From: Trichomonas gallinae
Lineage: Eukaryota
Assembly: GCA_008369845.1 (NCBI GenBank)
Contig: MRSU01010621.1
Span: 1-38,692 of the forward strand
Length of the DNA: 38,692 nucleotides
Direction of reading: 5' to 3'
In this document: one piece after another, positions 9,628 to 19,756 of the stretch
Layout of the letters: every line of letters starts with the position of its first letter
Position numbering within the stretch: the stretch's first letter is position 1
Made by a program: the position numbers and the translations under genes
The notes under the pieces: generated by a model
Told to the model about the DNA's origin: nothing
The model's input: the letters and a program-made list of their open reading frames with translations, nothing else
The model's database searches: none

Positions 9628-10836
9628 TCATTTTCTCTTCACGGCCAATTTGGCTAAACGCGAAGATCCAGGACGTATTGCACGTGTCTGCGTTGCAGGA
9701 CGGGGAGTTCTATTAGCAGAAAGAGGAGGTGTGCGCTGAGTCATGAAGGTTCTTGTTATCTTCTTCGGTTCGTTTATTGTAATGCTCTGAGCTTCGAGGT
9801 TCTTGTCGAACTCGATGATTCTGGCACGCCAGTTCTCAACAGCTCTCTCTAGAGCTGCTAATTCCGCTTTGTGGTCTTGCTCGATCTTCTGGCGCTGGCG
9901 TCCGTTTTTCTCGATCAAGCACTGCCTCCTTTGGTTGAAGCTTTCAACTAATTTGTTCCTTTGTATCTTTCTCTGCTTCAAGTATTTCTTGTGGATTTCG
10001 CGCACTTCTTCTATCTCTTTCTGGTCTGCTTCTGCTTTTATGCCTGCTGCTTCTTCAAATCTTCGGCTTAAGACTAAAAACTTCTCCGTTTCGCGAAGAT
10101 TAAGTAATCCTGGAGAAAATTTCAATTTTTCAACGGGAAGATCGCCTGCAGTAACAGCATCATGCTCGCTAAGCGTCATTTCTTCTTCAGCATCTAATGC
10201 TTCTGCTGCTGCGCGTGATTTTTCGTCATGATCTTGTAAAGCTTGTTTTAAGATTTCGTTTTCTTTATTTAAGGCATCTTCGGCTAGTGTAAATTGATAT
10301 ACTAATGTTTCTCGCTTCTCATTCTTCTTCATTTCGATTTCACGTTCGGCGGAGAGGGCTAACAACGTATTAGCGACATCTTCGTATCTCTGCGCTTCTT
10401 TGTAGTTACCAATAGACAATTCTTGATCAACGTGAGCTCTTGATGCTTGAATTAATGAAGGTAGTAGATATGTCTCGGCAACATCGAGTGGAAAACCGTC
10501 CATAATGTCTCCAAGAACTGATTCGACAACAGCAGGTGTGATTTCTCTTGTTTGCGTTTGAGTTTCTGGATTTGGCGATCTTGGGGTAGATTTTTCACTG
10601 CGAGGTCTAGATTTTCCAAGATTTTTTCGTTTTTTATCTATCTTTGATAGTTCTGCCATGATTGATTGTAGTTTTCGCACTCTTTCCACTTGTCCATTTG
10701 CAATTGCTGTCTGTTTGTGTTGTTCAATCGCCTCGATCACTTGCGGGATGATTTTAGGATTGACTTCTGACACAGGTTTACCTCCACAAAGTTCTCTCAC
10801 AAGTCTTGTTAGCTTTCGTTCGTCGTCCGTTTCCAT
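9628..10836 (-). CDS. Coiled-coil hypothetical protein
   Basis: 402-aa ORF, E/K/R-rich helical sequence, AAAAAATG start context. Confidence 0.75.
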   Translation of the reverse strand: METDDERKLTRLVRELCGGKPVSEVNPKIIPQVIEAIEQHKQTAIANGQVERVRKLQSIMAELSKIDKKRKNLGKSRPRSEKSTPRSPNPETQTQTREITPAVVESVLGDIMDGFPLDVAETYLLPSLIQASRAHVDQELSIGNYKEAQRYEDVANTLLALSAEREIEMKKNEKRETLVYQFTLAEDALNKENEILKQALQDHDEKSRAAAEALDAEEEMTLSEHDAVTAGDLPVEKLKFSPGLLNLRETEKFLVLSRRFEEAAGIKAEADQKEIEEVREIHKKYLKQRKIQRNKLVESFNQRRQCLIEKNGRQRQKIEQDHKAELAALERAVENWRARIIEFDKNLEAQSITINEPKKITRTFMTQRTPPLSANRTPRPATQTRAIRPGSSRLAKLAVKRK

Positions 10837-10962
10837 TTTTTTAGAAGATTTTATAATAATTTCTGAAATTCAACCACAAATCTTGCTATTTCTAGATATT
10901 TTAGACCCAATAAACGCGTATTTTCGCAAAAAATTTGCATTTTAGTGATATAACGAATGAAT

Positions 10963-11450
10963 ATTTTTGGATTTTGACGAGCATTTGCTCATAAATCAAA
11001 TATACATCTTATAAGTAGTCTATATTTAACTTACTGAGGATTTAACGAATTTTTGACAATCTGACATTTTATATTTACAAACATAATTTTTATGTCAATT
11101 TTGTTGATAAAGTTTATTATCCTTATTTTTTGGATTTTGACGAATATTTACTCATAAATCAAATATAGACTCTATAAGTAGTCTATAAATCAAGTATGAA
11201 TGCCATAACGATTTTTTTGACAATTTAATGATTTATATTTTCAAACGTCTTTTTATTTGTCAGTTTTGTTGATTCAGTTCATTGGATTTATTTTTTTAGA
11301 TTTGGACGAACATTTGCTGATCAATAAATTATATATGTCTAATAAGTAGTCTATATCTAAAGTATCAAAGATTTAACGAATTTTTGTCAATATGACACTT
11401 TATATTTACAAACGTCATTTTTTCAGTCAATTTTGATGATATAAGAATAT
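10963..11450. repeat. Three degenerate tandem copies of a ~163-168 bp unit
   Basis: Invariant ATAAGTAGTCTATA at 11011, 11174 and 11342. GATTT(T/G)GACGA, TAACGA..TTTTG.CAAT and CAAAC blocks recur in register. Confidence 0.85.
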
Positions 11451-11648
11451 CATCTTTATTTTTATTCCATTAATCACCGATCAACAAGCGGATACTGAAA
11501 TGCGTTAAAATTAATCCCACAGACATTAAATAAATGTCAAAAATTTTTATTTAATTTCTTTTCCCAAAAATTGCTATCCTCTCCATTGCCTAATTAGATG
11601 GAATTTCGTTTTTCTCAAAATTTAAGATTTTATTTTATTCAGAATAAA

Positions 11649-12590
11649 ATGAGCTCCACAGCTGTGAAACCGGACACTAAGGAAGCTCCAATCACGAAGA
11701 AAGCCATTGACGAGGCACTCCAGAAGAACTGTGGTTACGTGGACCAGCCAGAGTTAAACGAAGTCCTTTACTTACATTATCGGTCTTTCACAAATATTCA
11801 AAATCTTGAAACTTTCGTTAATCTTAAAGCTTTATGGCTCAATAACAATAACATTAAAACGATCCAAGGACTTTCACATTTAAAAAACCTAGTAATGCTC
11901 TATTTACAAAATAATCTTATCGAACGTATACAAGGACTTGACGGTTTGACATCGTTAAAAACATTAGTATTATCTAACAACTACATCACGCAAATCACTG
12001 GACTCAAAGGAGTGGCCAGTTTGACAACGTTAGAAATAGATCATAATATGCTTAGTGATCCTGATGCACTGTCAGGACTCGAGGATGTTCCCGATCTTTC
12101 CGTGCTTAATATTACAGATAATTCAATAGAAAACGAAAAATTCATCGAATATCTTCAAAAAATTCCTAACCTTCGTGTTTTGAGAAATACGGGTAATCCA
12201 GTCGTTAAGACTATGGCTGACTATCGTAGACGCCTTATTTCTGCTAACAAAGAACTTAGATTTTTAGATGATTCCCCAGTTGGCCTTGATGAACGCCGCC
12301 TCGTTAACGCATGGGTTTCAGGTGGAGTCGAAGCAGAGATGAATATGAAAGAAACAATCAGACAAGAAAAACTTCAAGTACAGGAAAGCAATGGCCTTAA
12401 ATTCCGCAGTTTACAACGCAGGGCTGTAATAGAAGCAGGGCAGTCAATTGAAGGCCACCCTGAACTGATGTCTTCGGATAACTCTGATGATGATAGTACA
12501 TCATCTAGAAACTTAATCAGTGTCAGCTCAGAGGAAATTTTTAAGCTCTCGTCTACTGACGATGAGCCAGAAAACTCCAAATTAGTTTAG
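11649..12590 (+). CDS. DNAAF1: Dynein axonemal assembly factor 1-like (ODA7/LRRC50) LRR protein; probable start ATG11649
   Basis: PELNEVLYLHY..F..I.NLE...LK.LWL, SDS22-type LRRs, GNPVV....YRR..I......LDD.PV...ERR...AW..GG.EAE. Confidence 0.8.
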   Translation: MSSTAVKPDTKEAPITKKAIDEALQKNCGYVDQPELNEVLYLHYRSFTNIQNLETFVNLKALWLNNNNIKTIQGLSHLKNLVMLYLQNNLIERIQGLDGLTSLKTLVLSNNYITQITGLKGVASLTTLEIDHNMLSDPDALSGLEDVPDLSVLNITDNSIENEKFIEYLQKIPNLRVLRNTGNPVVKTMADYRRRLISANKELRFLDDSPVGLDERRLVNAWVSGGVEAEMNMKETIRQEKLQVQESNGLKFRSLQRRAVIEAGQSIEGHPELMSSDNSDDDSTSSRNLISVSSEEIFKLSSTDDEPENSKLV

Positions 12591-12889
12591 TTTTGTCGGA
12601 AAAAATATTTTTGTATTTTCCGTTATCTAAGATTCATCCATTTAGATTATAATATGTTTGTTACTGCAGCTCAAAACTCCAATAGATGATGTTTTTTTGT
12701 TGTTTTTCGTTACATTCAGATTTATCGAAAAATAATTTTTCACCAATTGCTTTATAAATCATTATTTATTTATACAGTTACTTAACCATATCACTTTTTT
12801 TTCTTCCAAAAAGTCTCTAATTTAGAATTTTTAGAAAAATATAATATTTTGAATTGTGGGCTTTTAAATTATAAAAATAGGAAAAATAC

Positions 12890-13150
12890 GAGAAAAATAA
12901 TAAAAATTTGATATTAGAATTAAACAATTTTGATAATTTTTTAAAAATTTTAAAATATCATTAGATTCGACTATTTTTTGGTTTATTAGATTTTCTAAGA
13001 GCTAGATAATAATAATTTGATATTGAAAATGTATAATTTTAACATTTTTGAAAAAATATTTTTAAAATACCATAAATTCGACTAATTTCTAGTTTATTCA
13101 ATAGTATAGGAGCTAAATATTATGTATTTAAATTTAAAATAAAGATTGAT
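12890..13150. repeat. Degenerate ~110-bp tandem repeat (about 2.3 copies)
   Basis: ATTCGACTA at 12965 and 13076, and GAGCTA at 12999 and 13110 (period 111); AATTTGATATT at 12905 and 13014. Confidence 0.6.
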
Positions 13151-13186
13151 TAGAAACGGTTTTAAAAAATTTTATAATAAAAAAAA

Positions 13187-13722
13187 ATGGGAGGTTTGCA
13201 GAGTAAAGAAAAGAAGAAAATTATGTATGTTTTAATTCTAACATCAGATTTTTAGGTCTAGATAATGCTGGCAAGACGTCAATCTTAAATAAACTTACTA
13301 ACGGAAGTATTCATACTGTTGCACCAACGCGCGGATACAACATCACTCAAACACAGATAGAAGGCATCGATTTCTCAATATGGGATGTCGGCGGCCAACA
13401 AACATTAAGATCTCAGTGGTCAAATTACTTCGATAAAATTATAGGAATCGTTTGGGTAATTGATAGTGCTGATCGTCGTAGAATGTATGAAACGGGATTA
13501 GAATTAGCAGCATTACTACAAGATGACAAAATACCAGGAGTTCCATTATTAATATTTGCAAATAAGCAAGATTTAGCAACTGCAATGAATGCAGATGAAA
13601 TCACTACAGAATTAGAGCTCCATTCAATTAGGAATAGGAATTGGCAAATACAAAATTGTTCAGCACTCGATGGAACTGGAATAGCAGACGGTTTCCATTG
13701 GCTTGCACAATCCATTCAGTAA
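13187..13722 (+). CDS. ARL3: ARL3-like Arf-family GTPase, two exons (13187-13224, 13248-13722), 170 aa
   Basis: Spliced protein MGGLQSKEKKKIIFLGLDNAGKTSIL..PTRGYN..WDVGGQ..R..WSNYF..VIDSADRRR..GVPLLIFANKQDL..WQIQNCSA, with G1-G5 boxes intact. The ORF track captured only the C-terminal 79 aa. Confidence 0.88.
13225..13247 (+). other. 23-nt spliceosomal intron
   Basis: GTATG-TTTTAAT-TCTAAC-ATCAG. Removal joins AT|A to restore IFLGLDNAGKT in frame with ATG13187. Confidence 0.85.
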
Positions 13723-13892
13723 ATATTTGAAAGTTATTTAATACTTATTGTTAAAATCACTTAATTTATTTTTTAATATTTTTTATCTTAAAGTTAATAA
13801 AAATTTATAATGTGAATAATACTACATGGAAAATTTTTAGAATAATATTAAGTTGATAACACATAAAATCATATTTTTTGTTCCAAAAATTC

Positions 13893-14684
13893 TTATGAAT
13901 CTTTCATTTTTGGATTACGTCTGCCTTTCTTCTGGTCCTTAGTTTGTGTGGACTTCTGTTGTCCTGGTTTGCGAACTTTAACGTCAATCATGGTTTGTAT
14001 GTCACATGTATACCATGGCGGATTTTCTTTGAAGCGAGCGGCAGCTGTTGGGTTGCTAAATTCAGGAGCAACTCTTCCTTGCTTGGAATTCATATATGGA
14101 AATTCTTCTTTCTTAATGCCGATTCCTGAAGCCAAAACAGCATCTGCAACCAGAGGTGGACTGAATTTTTGATGTAAGAAATAAGAGTTAGGCTTATTTG
14201 CATTAATTTTGCTGAGAATATCGATATTGTGAACATCACCTCCTAAAACAACAATATCGATTAGTACATTATTTTTACTGGCGAGAGTATCTATATTGCG
14301 AGCAATTTCGTCGTTCATTGGTCCATCTGAGGAAACAAATATAAGAATTTTCTTTTCTGATGATAATTCGTTGCAATTTTTAAGTGCTAGTATTGCTATT
14401 TTCACTCCATGAAGGATATCAATTGGCTGTTTACCAGTTCTAATATTACGGATGGAATTATTCAAGAATATAGGGTTCGATGTTAATGATGAGCGAATAC
14501 CGAACTCCGGGGGCGACAAAGTAATGACTCCAACTTGACTATTCGAATTTAAATCACGAAAATTTTGCGCGAGGCGTTCAACGCATGTCGTCTGCGCACC
14601 CAATCTATTAGGTTCGAAGTCCTGGTTGATAGACGATGGAGAATTATCGACAAGAACCATGACCGCGCGTGTTCTTGTATCCAT
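13893..14684 (-). CDS. Rpn10/PSMD4-like vWA-domain protein without evident UIM; start ATG14684
   Basis: AVMVLVDNS.SSINQDFEPNRLGAQ, VGVITL, GVKIAILALK, KKILIFVSS, NNVLIDIV..G match the Rpn10 vWA pattern. Confidence 0.78.
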   Translation of the reverse strand: MDTRTRAVMVLVDNSPSSINQDFEPNRLGAQTTCVERLAQNFRDLNSNSQVGVITLSPPEFGIRSSLTSNPIFLNNSIRNIRTGKQPIDILHGVKIAILALKNCNELSSEKKILIFVSSDGPMNDEIARNIDTLASKNNVLIDIVVLGGDVHNIDILSKINANKPNSYFLHQKFSPPLVADAVLASGIGIKKEEFPYMNSKQGRVAPEFSNPTAAARFKENPPWYTCDIQTMIDVKVRKPGQQKSTQTKDQKKGRRNPKMKDS

Positions 14685-14919
14685 GGGTTTGATTGCTTTT
14701 ATTTTTTTTTGTTTTGCCGCCCAAAGAAACACGAAATATCTTTATTTCTGCAGGATTCGTTGCAATGACATGTTGCCGCAGAAAAACAGAGAATTTTTGA
14801 TTGAAGTTCTTTTTTTTAAATTTGGGATTTTTCCGATTGCTTTATTCATCATTTATAACACTGCCAATAGCTTAGTTTGGGTAATGTAATATCGTTTTTA
14901 TATTCTATATCAGTGATTT

Positions 14920-15252
14920 ATGATATCATTTGGATGATAAATTATATACTCAATTCTTATTAAGAATATTGAAAATATAGATTATTTATGTCTATATTTT
15001 AGTTAAATTTTCATTCATAAGTATTATTTTATGATATCATTTCTTTGATAAAAATTATTCTCAATTCTCATTAATAATATTGAAAATTTAGTTTATCCAT
15101 ACTAATATTTTAGGAAAATTTTCATTTATTAGTTTTCTTTTATGATATAATTTGCTTGATAAAATTATATTCTCAATTTTCAATAATAATATCGATAATA
15201 TAGATTATTTATGCCAATATTTTCGGTGAATTTTCATTTAAAGTTTATTTTT
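14920..15252. repeat. Three degenerate tandem copies of a 111-bp unit
   Basis: ATGATAT.ATTT at 14920, 15031 and 15142. TGATAAA, CTCAATT, AATAT.GA.AAT.TAG and ATTTTCATT recur in register. Confidence 0.85.
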
Positions 15253-15455
15253 TTCCCGATCGAACTTTGGTAAATTTCATTGATTGTGCTATAATTGAAT
15301 TTAAAAATAAGGTTAATATTTTGAAAACCGTCATAATTTACATGTCAAAATATGTTATGTAAAATAAGAAATTTGACAAATATGTGAAAAGAAAAGAATT
15401 TTAGTGAAAAGAATATAAAAGTATGCTTTAGAATATAAAAAACTTAAATAACTCT

Positions 15456-16664
15456 TTAATTATCCTTAGCGAGAAGTGGCTCGTCGTTGATAACGTCAAC
15501 CTTTGGCTTAGCATCGCTTGGGTATGTGAAGAATGGAAGGCGGAGGATCTTATTGTATGTAAGCATTCCAGTGAACAAAAGGAGGAAGCCTGCAAGCTGC
15601 ATGGCACTCCATGGTGTGAGGGCCTCACCGATATCTGGGTGCTTATGGCCGTAATCTGTATTCTTTGTCGCGTAGTAGATAATGAGTTGAACAACCCAAA
15701 TACAAAGTGTACGAAGACCTTCAAGAATTGTTCTAACGACAGCAGATGTGATGTTTGTGACGAACATACCTGTGACATTGTAAGCGAGAATGACAAAAAC
15801 GTAGAAAATAACGAAGACGATAAGCATTGTGTTATTCTTGATCATTAAGAATGTATCCAATGTATCTTCGTGGATACCATTGCCTTCTGGGCCAGACATG
15901 TTCTGAATGATTGGGAGGAAGAGTGTGCATGTGATAATTGTGCCCCACAAACCTTCAAGACCGACAATAAGGACTGGAGAGCATGTCATATCGTGAAGGA
16001 GGAAGTCTTCGACGACAATCTGTGAGGCCTGAATGAGCTGAGAGCCAACTGTTAATGCAATAGCCATAGCAACCTGTCCTGGTGTAACACCAGCCTTGCC
16101 AACGCCCGTAGAAGCAACAGCGGCAAAACCGACAATAGCAAGAGCGATAACAATGCCGAGAACTGACCACCACATGAATGGATAGTGTGGGCGCTTGAGG
16201 ATGAATGCGCAGAAGAGGGATGAGAAGAGAACCATTGAACCACGAAGCATTTGCCAAACAGAAGCCTGAATATAAAGAAGACCAATGTTCATAAGAGATG
16301 TAGCAAGGAGATCGCAGCAAGCTGGACCAGCAACATAGAAGTAGAATTTCCAGTGATTCTTATTAGCCTTATCAGCCTCTGAAGTTTGTGATTCATCGAG
16401 CTGTGAAGCGAGTGTATCTTCTTTCTGTGCTTTAGCTTTTTCTAAACATCTCTGAATTTCGTAAACGACAAGAGCGAGACACATACCGACGAACATTGAG
16501 TTTGTTTGGAACCATGGCTTCGAGAATTTATGTGGATTTTTATAGCAATCGCGACCAACAGATGTCTGTTCGAACAAGAACTTCTGGATAACAACTGTAC
16601 ATGTTCCGAAGAAAAGCATGCCCGGAATAGCGACAGCGCGCTGCCAAGCAGGAATTGCAGACAT
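15456..16664 (-). CDS. SLC35-type (SLC35F6-like) nucleotide-sugar/drug-metabolite transporter; start ATG16664
   Basis: About 10 hydrophobic segments; F.KPWFQT..MFVGM, PACCDL.ATSL, ASVWQMLRGS, Q.VVE, VGLEGLWG, SAVVRTILE..RT. Confidence 0.87.
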   Translation of the reverse strand: MSAIPAWQRAVAIPGMLFFGTCTVVIQKFLFEQTSVGRDCYKNPHKFSKPWFQTNSMFVGMCLALVVYEIQRCLEKAKAQKEDTLASQLDESQTSEADKANKNHWKFYFYVAGPACCDLLATSLMNIGLLYIQASVWQMLRGSMVLFSSLFCAFILKRPHYPFMWWSVLGIVIALAIVGFAAVASTGVGKAGVTPGQVAMAIALTVGSQLIQASQIVVEDFLLHDMTCSPVLIVGLEGLWGTIITCTLFLPIIQNMSGPEGNGIHEDTLDTFLMIKNNTMLIVFVIFYVFVILAYNVTGMFVTNITSAVVRTILEGLRTLCIWVVQLIIYYATKNTDYGHKHPDIGEALTPWSAMQLAGFLLLFTGMLTYNKILRLPFFTYPSDAKPKVDVINDEPLLAKDN

Positions 16665-16671
16665 TTTTACT

Positions 16672-16680
16672 GTCACTTTT
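16672..16680 (-). promoter_or_regulatory. AAAAGTGAC (Trichomonas M2-like core promoter motif)
   Basis: Lies 8 nt upstream of the SLC35 ATG. The same motif occurs at 29330-29338 (PAP2) and at 35898-35906 and 35918-35926 (67-aa gene). Confidence 0.6.
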
Positions 16681-17483
16681 TGTAGACCATTGACTCAATT
16701 GAAAATGCTAACCGCAGAAACAGAAAAAGAGAAAAAACCGATGAAAAGTGAATCAAATCAAAGGATAAATCGATTCTTATTCTTATATATGATTTTAGAA
16801 TGATAATATGGAGGTTTCACACGGTTTTTATTCCTGAATCTGAGAAATCGATTTTGAATTTGATAAAATTTAAAATAAGATTGATGTTCAAACTTTTGGC
16901 AGCGAGAAAATTATAAGATTTAGAATAATAGGAATGATGCATATAGAGAACAGACATATAATCGATTTTCAAAATTTGATTTCAAACTTAATGAGGGGGA
17001 GACACCAACTTTTTTCAATTATATATTTATCATCAAAATGTAAGCATAGTTGAAATGCTAATTTTTATGCAAAAAATTTCTGAAGTTTACATTGGCAACC
17101 AGTCAATTTTGAAAAATCGTTTTTATCGCTTTTCTATATTGTAATCATTACTATTATGCAAATTTTTGTCATTTTTTCGCTATTAAAAGGTTAAACATCA
17201 TTCATATTTTAAATTTTATCAAATTTCAAAATTTTCCTTTGGAAACATGCTTTTTGAATTATAAGAATGAAAATTATGTTGGATATTTATTTTAGAATAC
17301 CGCTTTGCTAATCTCATGTTTTATATCAATTTCATAAATTTTGTATCCGAAGTACGAATGTTTGTAATAAAAGATATTAAAAATATCAACATATGCATTG
17401 CTGTGAAAAGCAGTAAATCAATATAACCATTATTATAATATTATGAAATAAACTTACAAATATACAACATTATAGCTAATATA

Positions 17484-18482
17484 TTAAGCAGCAAGTTCGC
17501 CAATTATAACATTTCCTGATGTGTCGCATGATGCAACAATTGGATAATTTGGATGAATATCAACTCCGGTGACAGATCCTTTGTGTCCAGGTAGGCTATA
17601 TTTAAGCACAGGTTTAATTTCATTTTCTGCATCCCAAATTCTTAATATTCCGTCAGTACTGCCTGCAGCAATTAAATTATTATCAGACCAAACGCATCTT
17701 GTAGGAATAATCTCAAGTTGATCTTCAGTGAATCGTTCGTTAGCTAATATTCTTCTTTCATCCGGAACTGAATATTTATTATCATAAATTCTGAGATATC
17801 CATCTGATGTAACAACAGCGCAACAAAGGCCATCTTTACGGAAAGATGTACCAAATATAGGAGTGTCACCTTTAAGTCTGCGTTGCAAAATAATTCCTGC
17901 TGGGTCTTTATTCAATGAATTGATGTATAAGTCACCATCAATTCCTCCTACAGCGATATATGGTCCTTTAATGGCAACAGAAACTACTGGTGAATTAGAT
18001 TTCCTACTTGCAACTTCTTCTTTAGTTCTAATATCATGTATATAAACCATGTTTCGATCATCACCAGTTACAAGCAGATTTGGATCTTCAGTCATGAACT
18101 GGCAAGTATTAATAATTTCTTTGTGCGTTTTAATGCGACGAATTATTGATCCCGAAGGTATATCTTGTATACAAATCGTTGTATCAGCGGAAACAGATGC
18201 GATTTTCGTTGAGTCAATATGCCATGATAAACTTGTAATTCCTTTTTTATGGGGTCTTAGTGCACCAATAGACTTAACTTCATTTGTTATTGACCATAGT
18301 ATGATTTCTTCTGCACAGGAAGCAAGAATTGATCCATTTGGTGAAAAATGTACTTCATTCGCTGCTCCTGTGTGATCACTGAGTAGATAAACAGGATCAT
18401 CTAGGTAATTTGTCTTCTGTAATTTCTTATCAGAGACAAATTGAGCAAGTTTATTCTGTACTTCATATTTGACTAGTGACAT
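17484..18482 (-). CDS. SNRNP40: U5 snRNP 40-kDa-like WD40 protein; start ATG18482
   Basis: LSDHTG..NEVHFSPNG..LAS, SADTTI...D...G..IRR.K.H, and C-terminal YSLPGHKGSVTGVDIHP..PIVASC....VIIGEL. Confidence 0.75.
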   Translation of the reverse strand: MSLVKYEVQNKLAQFVSDKKLQKTNYLDDPVYLLSDHTGAANEVHFSPNGSILASCAEEIILWSITNEVKSIGALRPHKKGITSLSWHIDSTKIASVSADTTICIQDIPSGSIIRRIKTHKEIINTCQFMTEDPNLLVTGDDRNMVYIHDIRTKEEVASRKSNSPVVSVAIKGPYIAVGGIDGDLYINSLNKDPAGIILQRRLKGDTPIFGTSFRKDGLCCAVVTSDGYLRIYDNKYSVPDERRILANERFTEDQLEIIPTRCVWSDNNLIAAGSTDGILRIWDAENEIKPVLKYSLPGHKGSVTGVDIHPNYPIVASCDTSGNVIIGELAA

Positions 18483-18691
18483 AATAAAATTATGAACTTT
18501 CACTTAAATATATATAATATGGATAAATAATGTATTCAAACGAATTGATGAAATATATCAGTTGTGCATCATTTTTTTTATATGAAAATATTCTGACTTT
18601 GAGTTTTAGATTTGAGGTGAAGGAAGAGAGGAAGTAGTGAGATAAAGAACAATTTATTATAATAAAAATGAACAATATATAAATACATGGA

Positions 18692-19756
18692 TTATATTTT
18701 GGTTATCTTTGCTATCTGCTGCATAGATCCGTGCCTAGCTGATGACATGTTTATCATTCTTGTGAATCTTTGCGGGATAACTTGGTTCTGGTTATCTTCA
18801 TAATGAGGAGAAGGAGGCGAACCTGTAGGATCATCATTTGGCAGTCTTCTTCTAACATTAAGTATACTACCTAATCCTGACGGTGAACCAGGGGCTGGCT
18901 TCATTGGCTTGAGAACATTATCTGCTGCGCCTTTTAATGTTGCGTGATGATCATCTGCCTGAGCAACAGATGCTCCTGGACGCGTGTGGACCAATACTTG
19001 TGTATCAGCTCGCTTTTCCGGATTAAATACAAGCATTGAAGCTATGATATCACGAATTTCAACTGGCAGCATTTGTATATTCTCTGGTGTACCTTTCTGA
19101 ATCTGTTTCAACATAACAACAACGTTGTTGATGTTCCAAGGTAATTTTTTAGTCGTCATAAACCAGAGAAGGATACCAAGAGACCAAATATCTGCTTTGT
19201 ATGTAGGAAAAGAGCCTGCAATCAAGTATTCTGGAGAAAGAAATCCAACATCAAAAGGATTTGATCTATGAATTGTAGGATTAAATGAGCGTGGAGGCGG
19301 GTAAATATCGGTAATAAACGCAATGTTACCGTTTTCCATGAAGATATTACTTGGCTTTATGAAGTTTGGAGAGATTTTACGCTTGTGTAAATGACGATAT
19401 AAGCGACAAAGAACTTTCCATTGAGCATAGACGATATTTATATCATTAGCGCAGTTCGAAATAAAGGCAGCTAAATCTAAGCCTTCGAAAAATGGTCGAA
19501 TTGCATATATATATTGATCCATAATGAAGAAATAATGGTAAGGAAGAAAACATGCTTCTTTGAGTTTTCGTGAAATCTTAATAATTTGAATAAAATTATC
19601 GATATCTGCATCATCTCCAATTGCAGATTTCATAAAACTTTTGCAAATGTACTGTTTGTTAGTTTCATCTTTCTTTATGAGGTATGATGGCCCAAGAAAT
19701 CCACTATTCAGAGATTTGAGGAACGTAAAACCTGCAGGAACAAATTGAGCCATCAT
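18692..19756 (-). CDS. Protein kinase-like protein (probable pseudokinase)
   Basis: Kinase fold retained (YICK, IKPSNI, FLSPE, ADIWSLGILL, P.KR), but HRD is replaced by PNF and DFG by DIY. Confidence 0.8.
   Translation of the reverse strand: MMAQFVPAGFTFLKSLNSGFLGPSYLIKKDETNKQYICKSFMKSAIGDDADIDNFIQIIKISRKLKEACFLPYHYFFIMDQYIYAIRPFFEGLDLAAFISNCANDINIVYAQWKVLCRLYRHLHKRKISPNFIKPSNIFMENGNIAFITDIYPPPRSFNPTIHRSNPFDVGFLSPEYLIAGSFPTYKADIWSLGILLWFMTTKKLPWNINNVVVMLKQIQKGTPENIQMLPVEIRDIIASMLVFNPEKRADTQVLVHTRPGASVAQADDHHATLKGAADNVLKPMKPAPGSPSGLGSILNVRRRLPNDDPTGSPPSPHYEDNQNQVIPQRFTRMINMSSARHGSMQQIAKITKI

Noticed and set aside
10963..15252. Intergenic repeats as CRISPR-like arrays
   Set aside because: Whole units are homologous, with no unique spacers, and there are no cas-like genes; these are ordinary degenerate tandem repeats.
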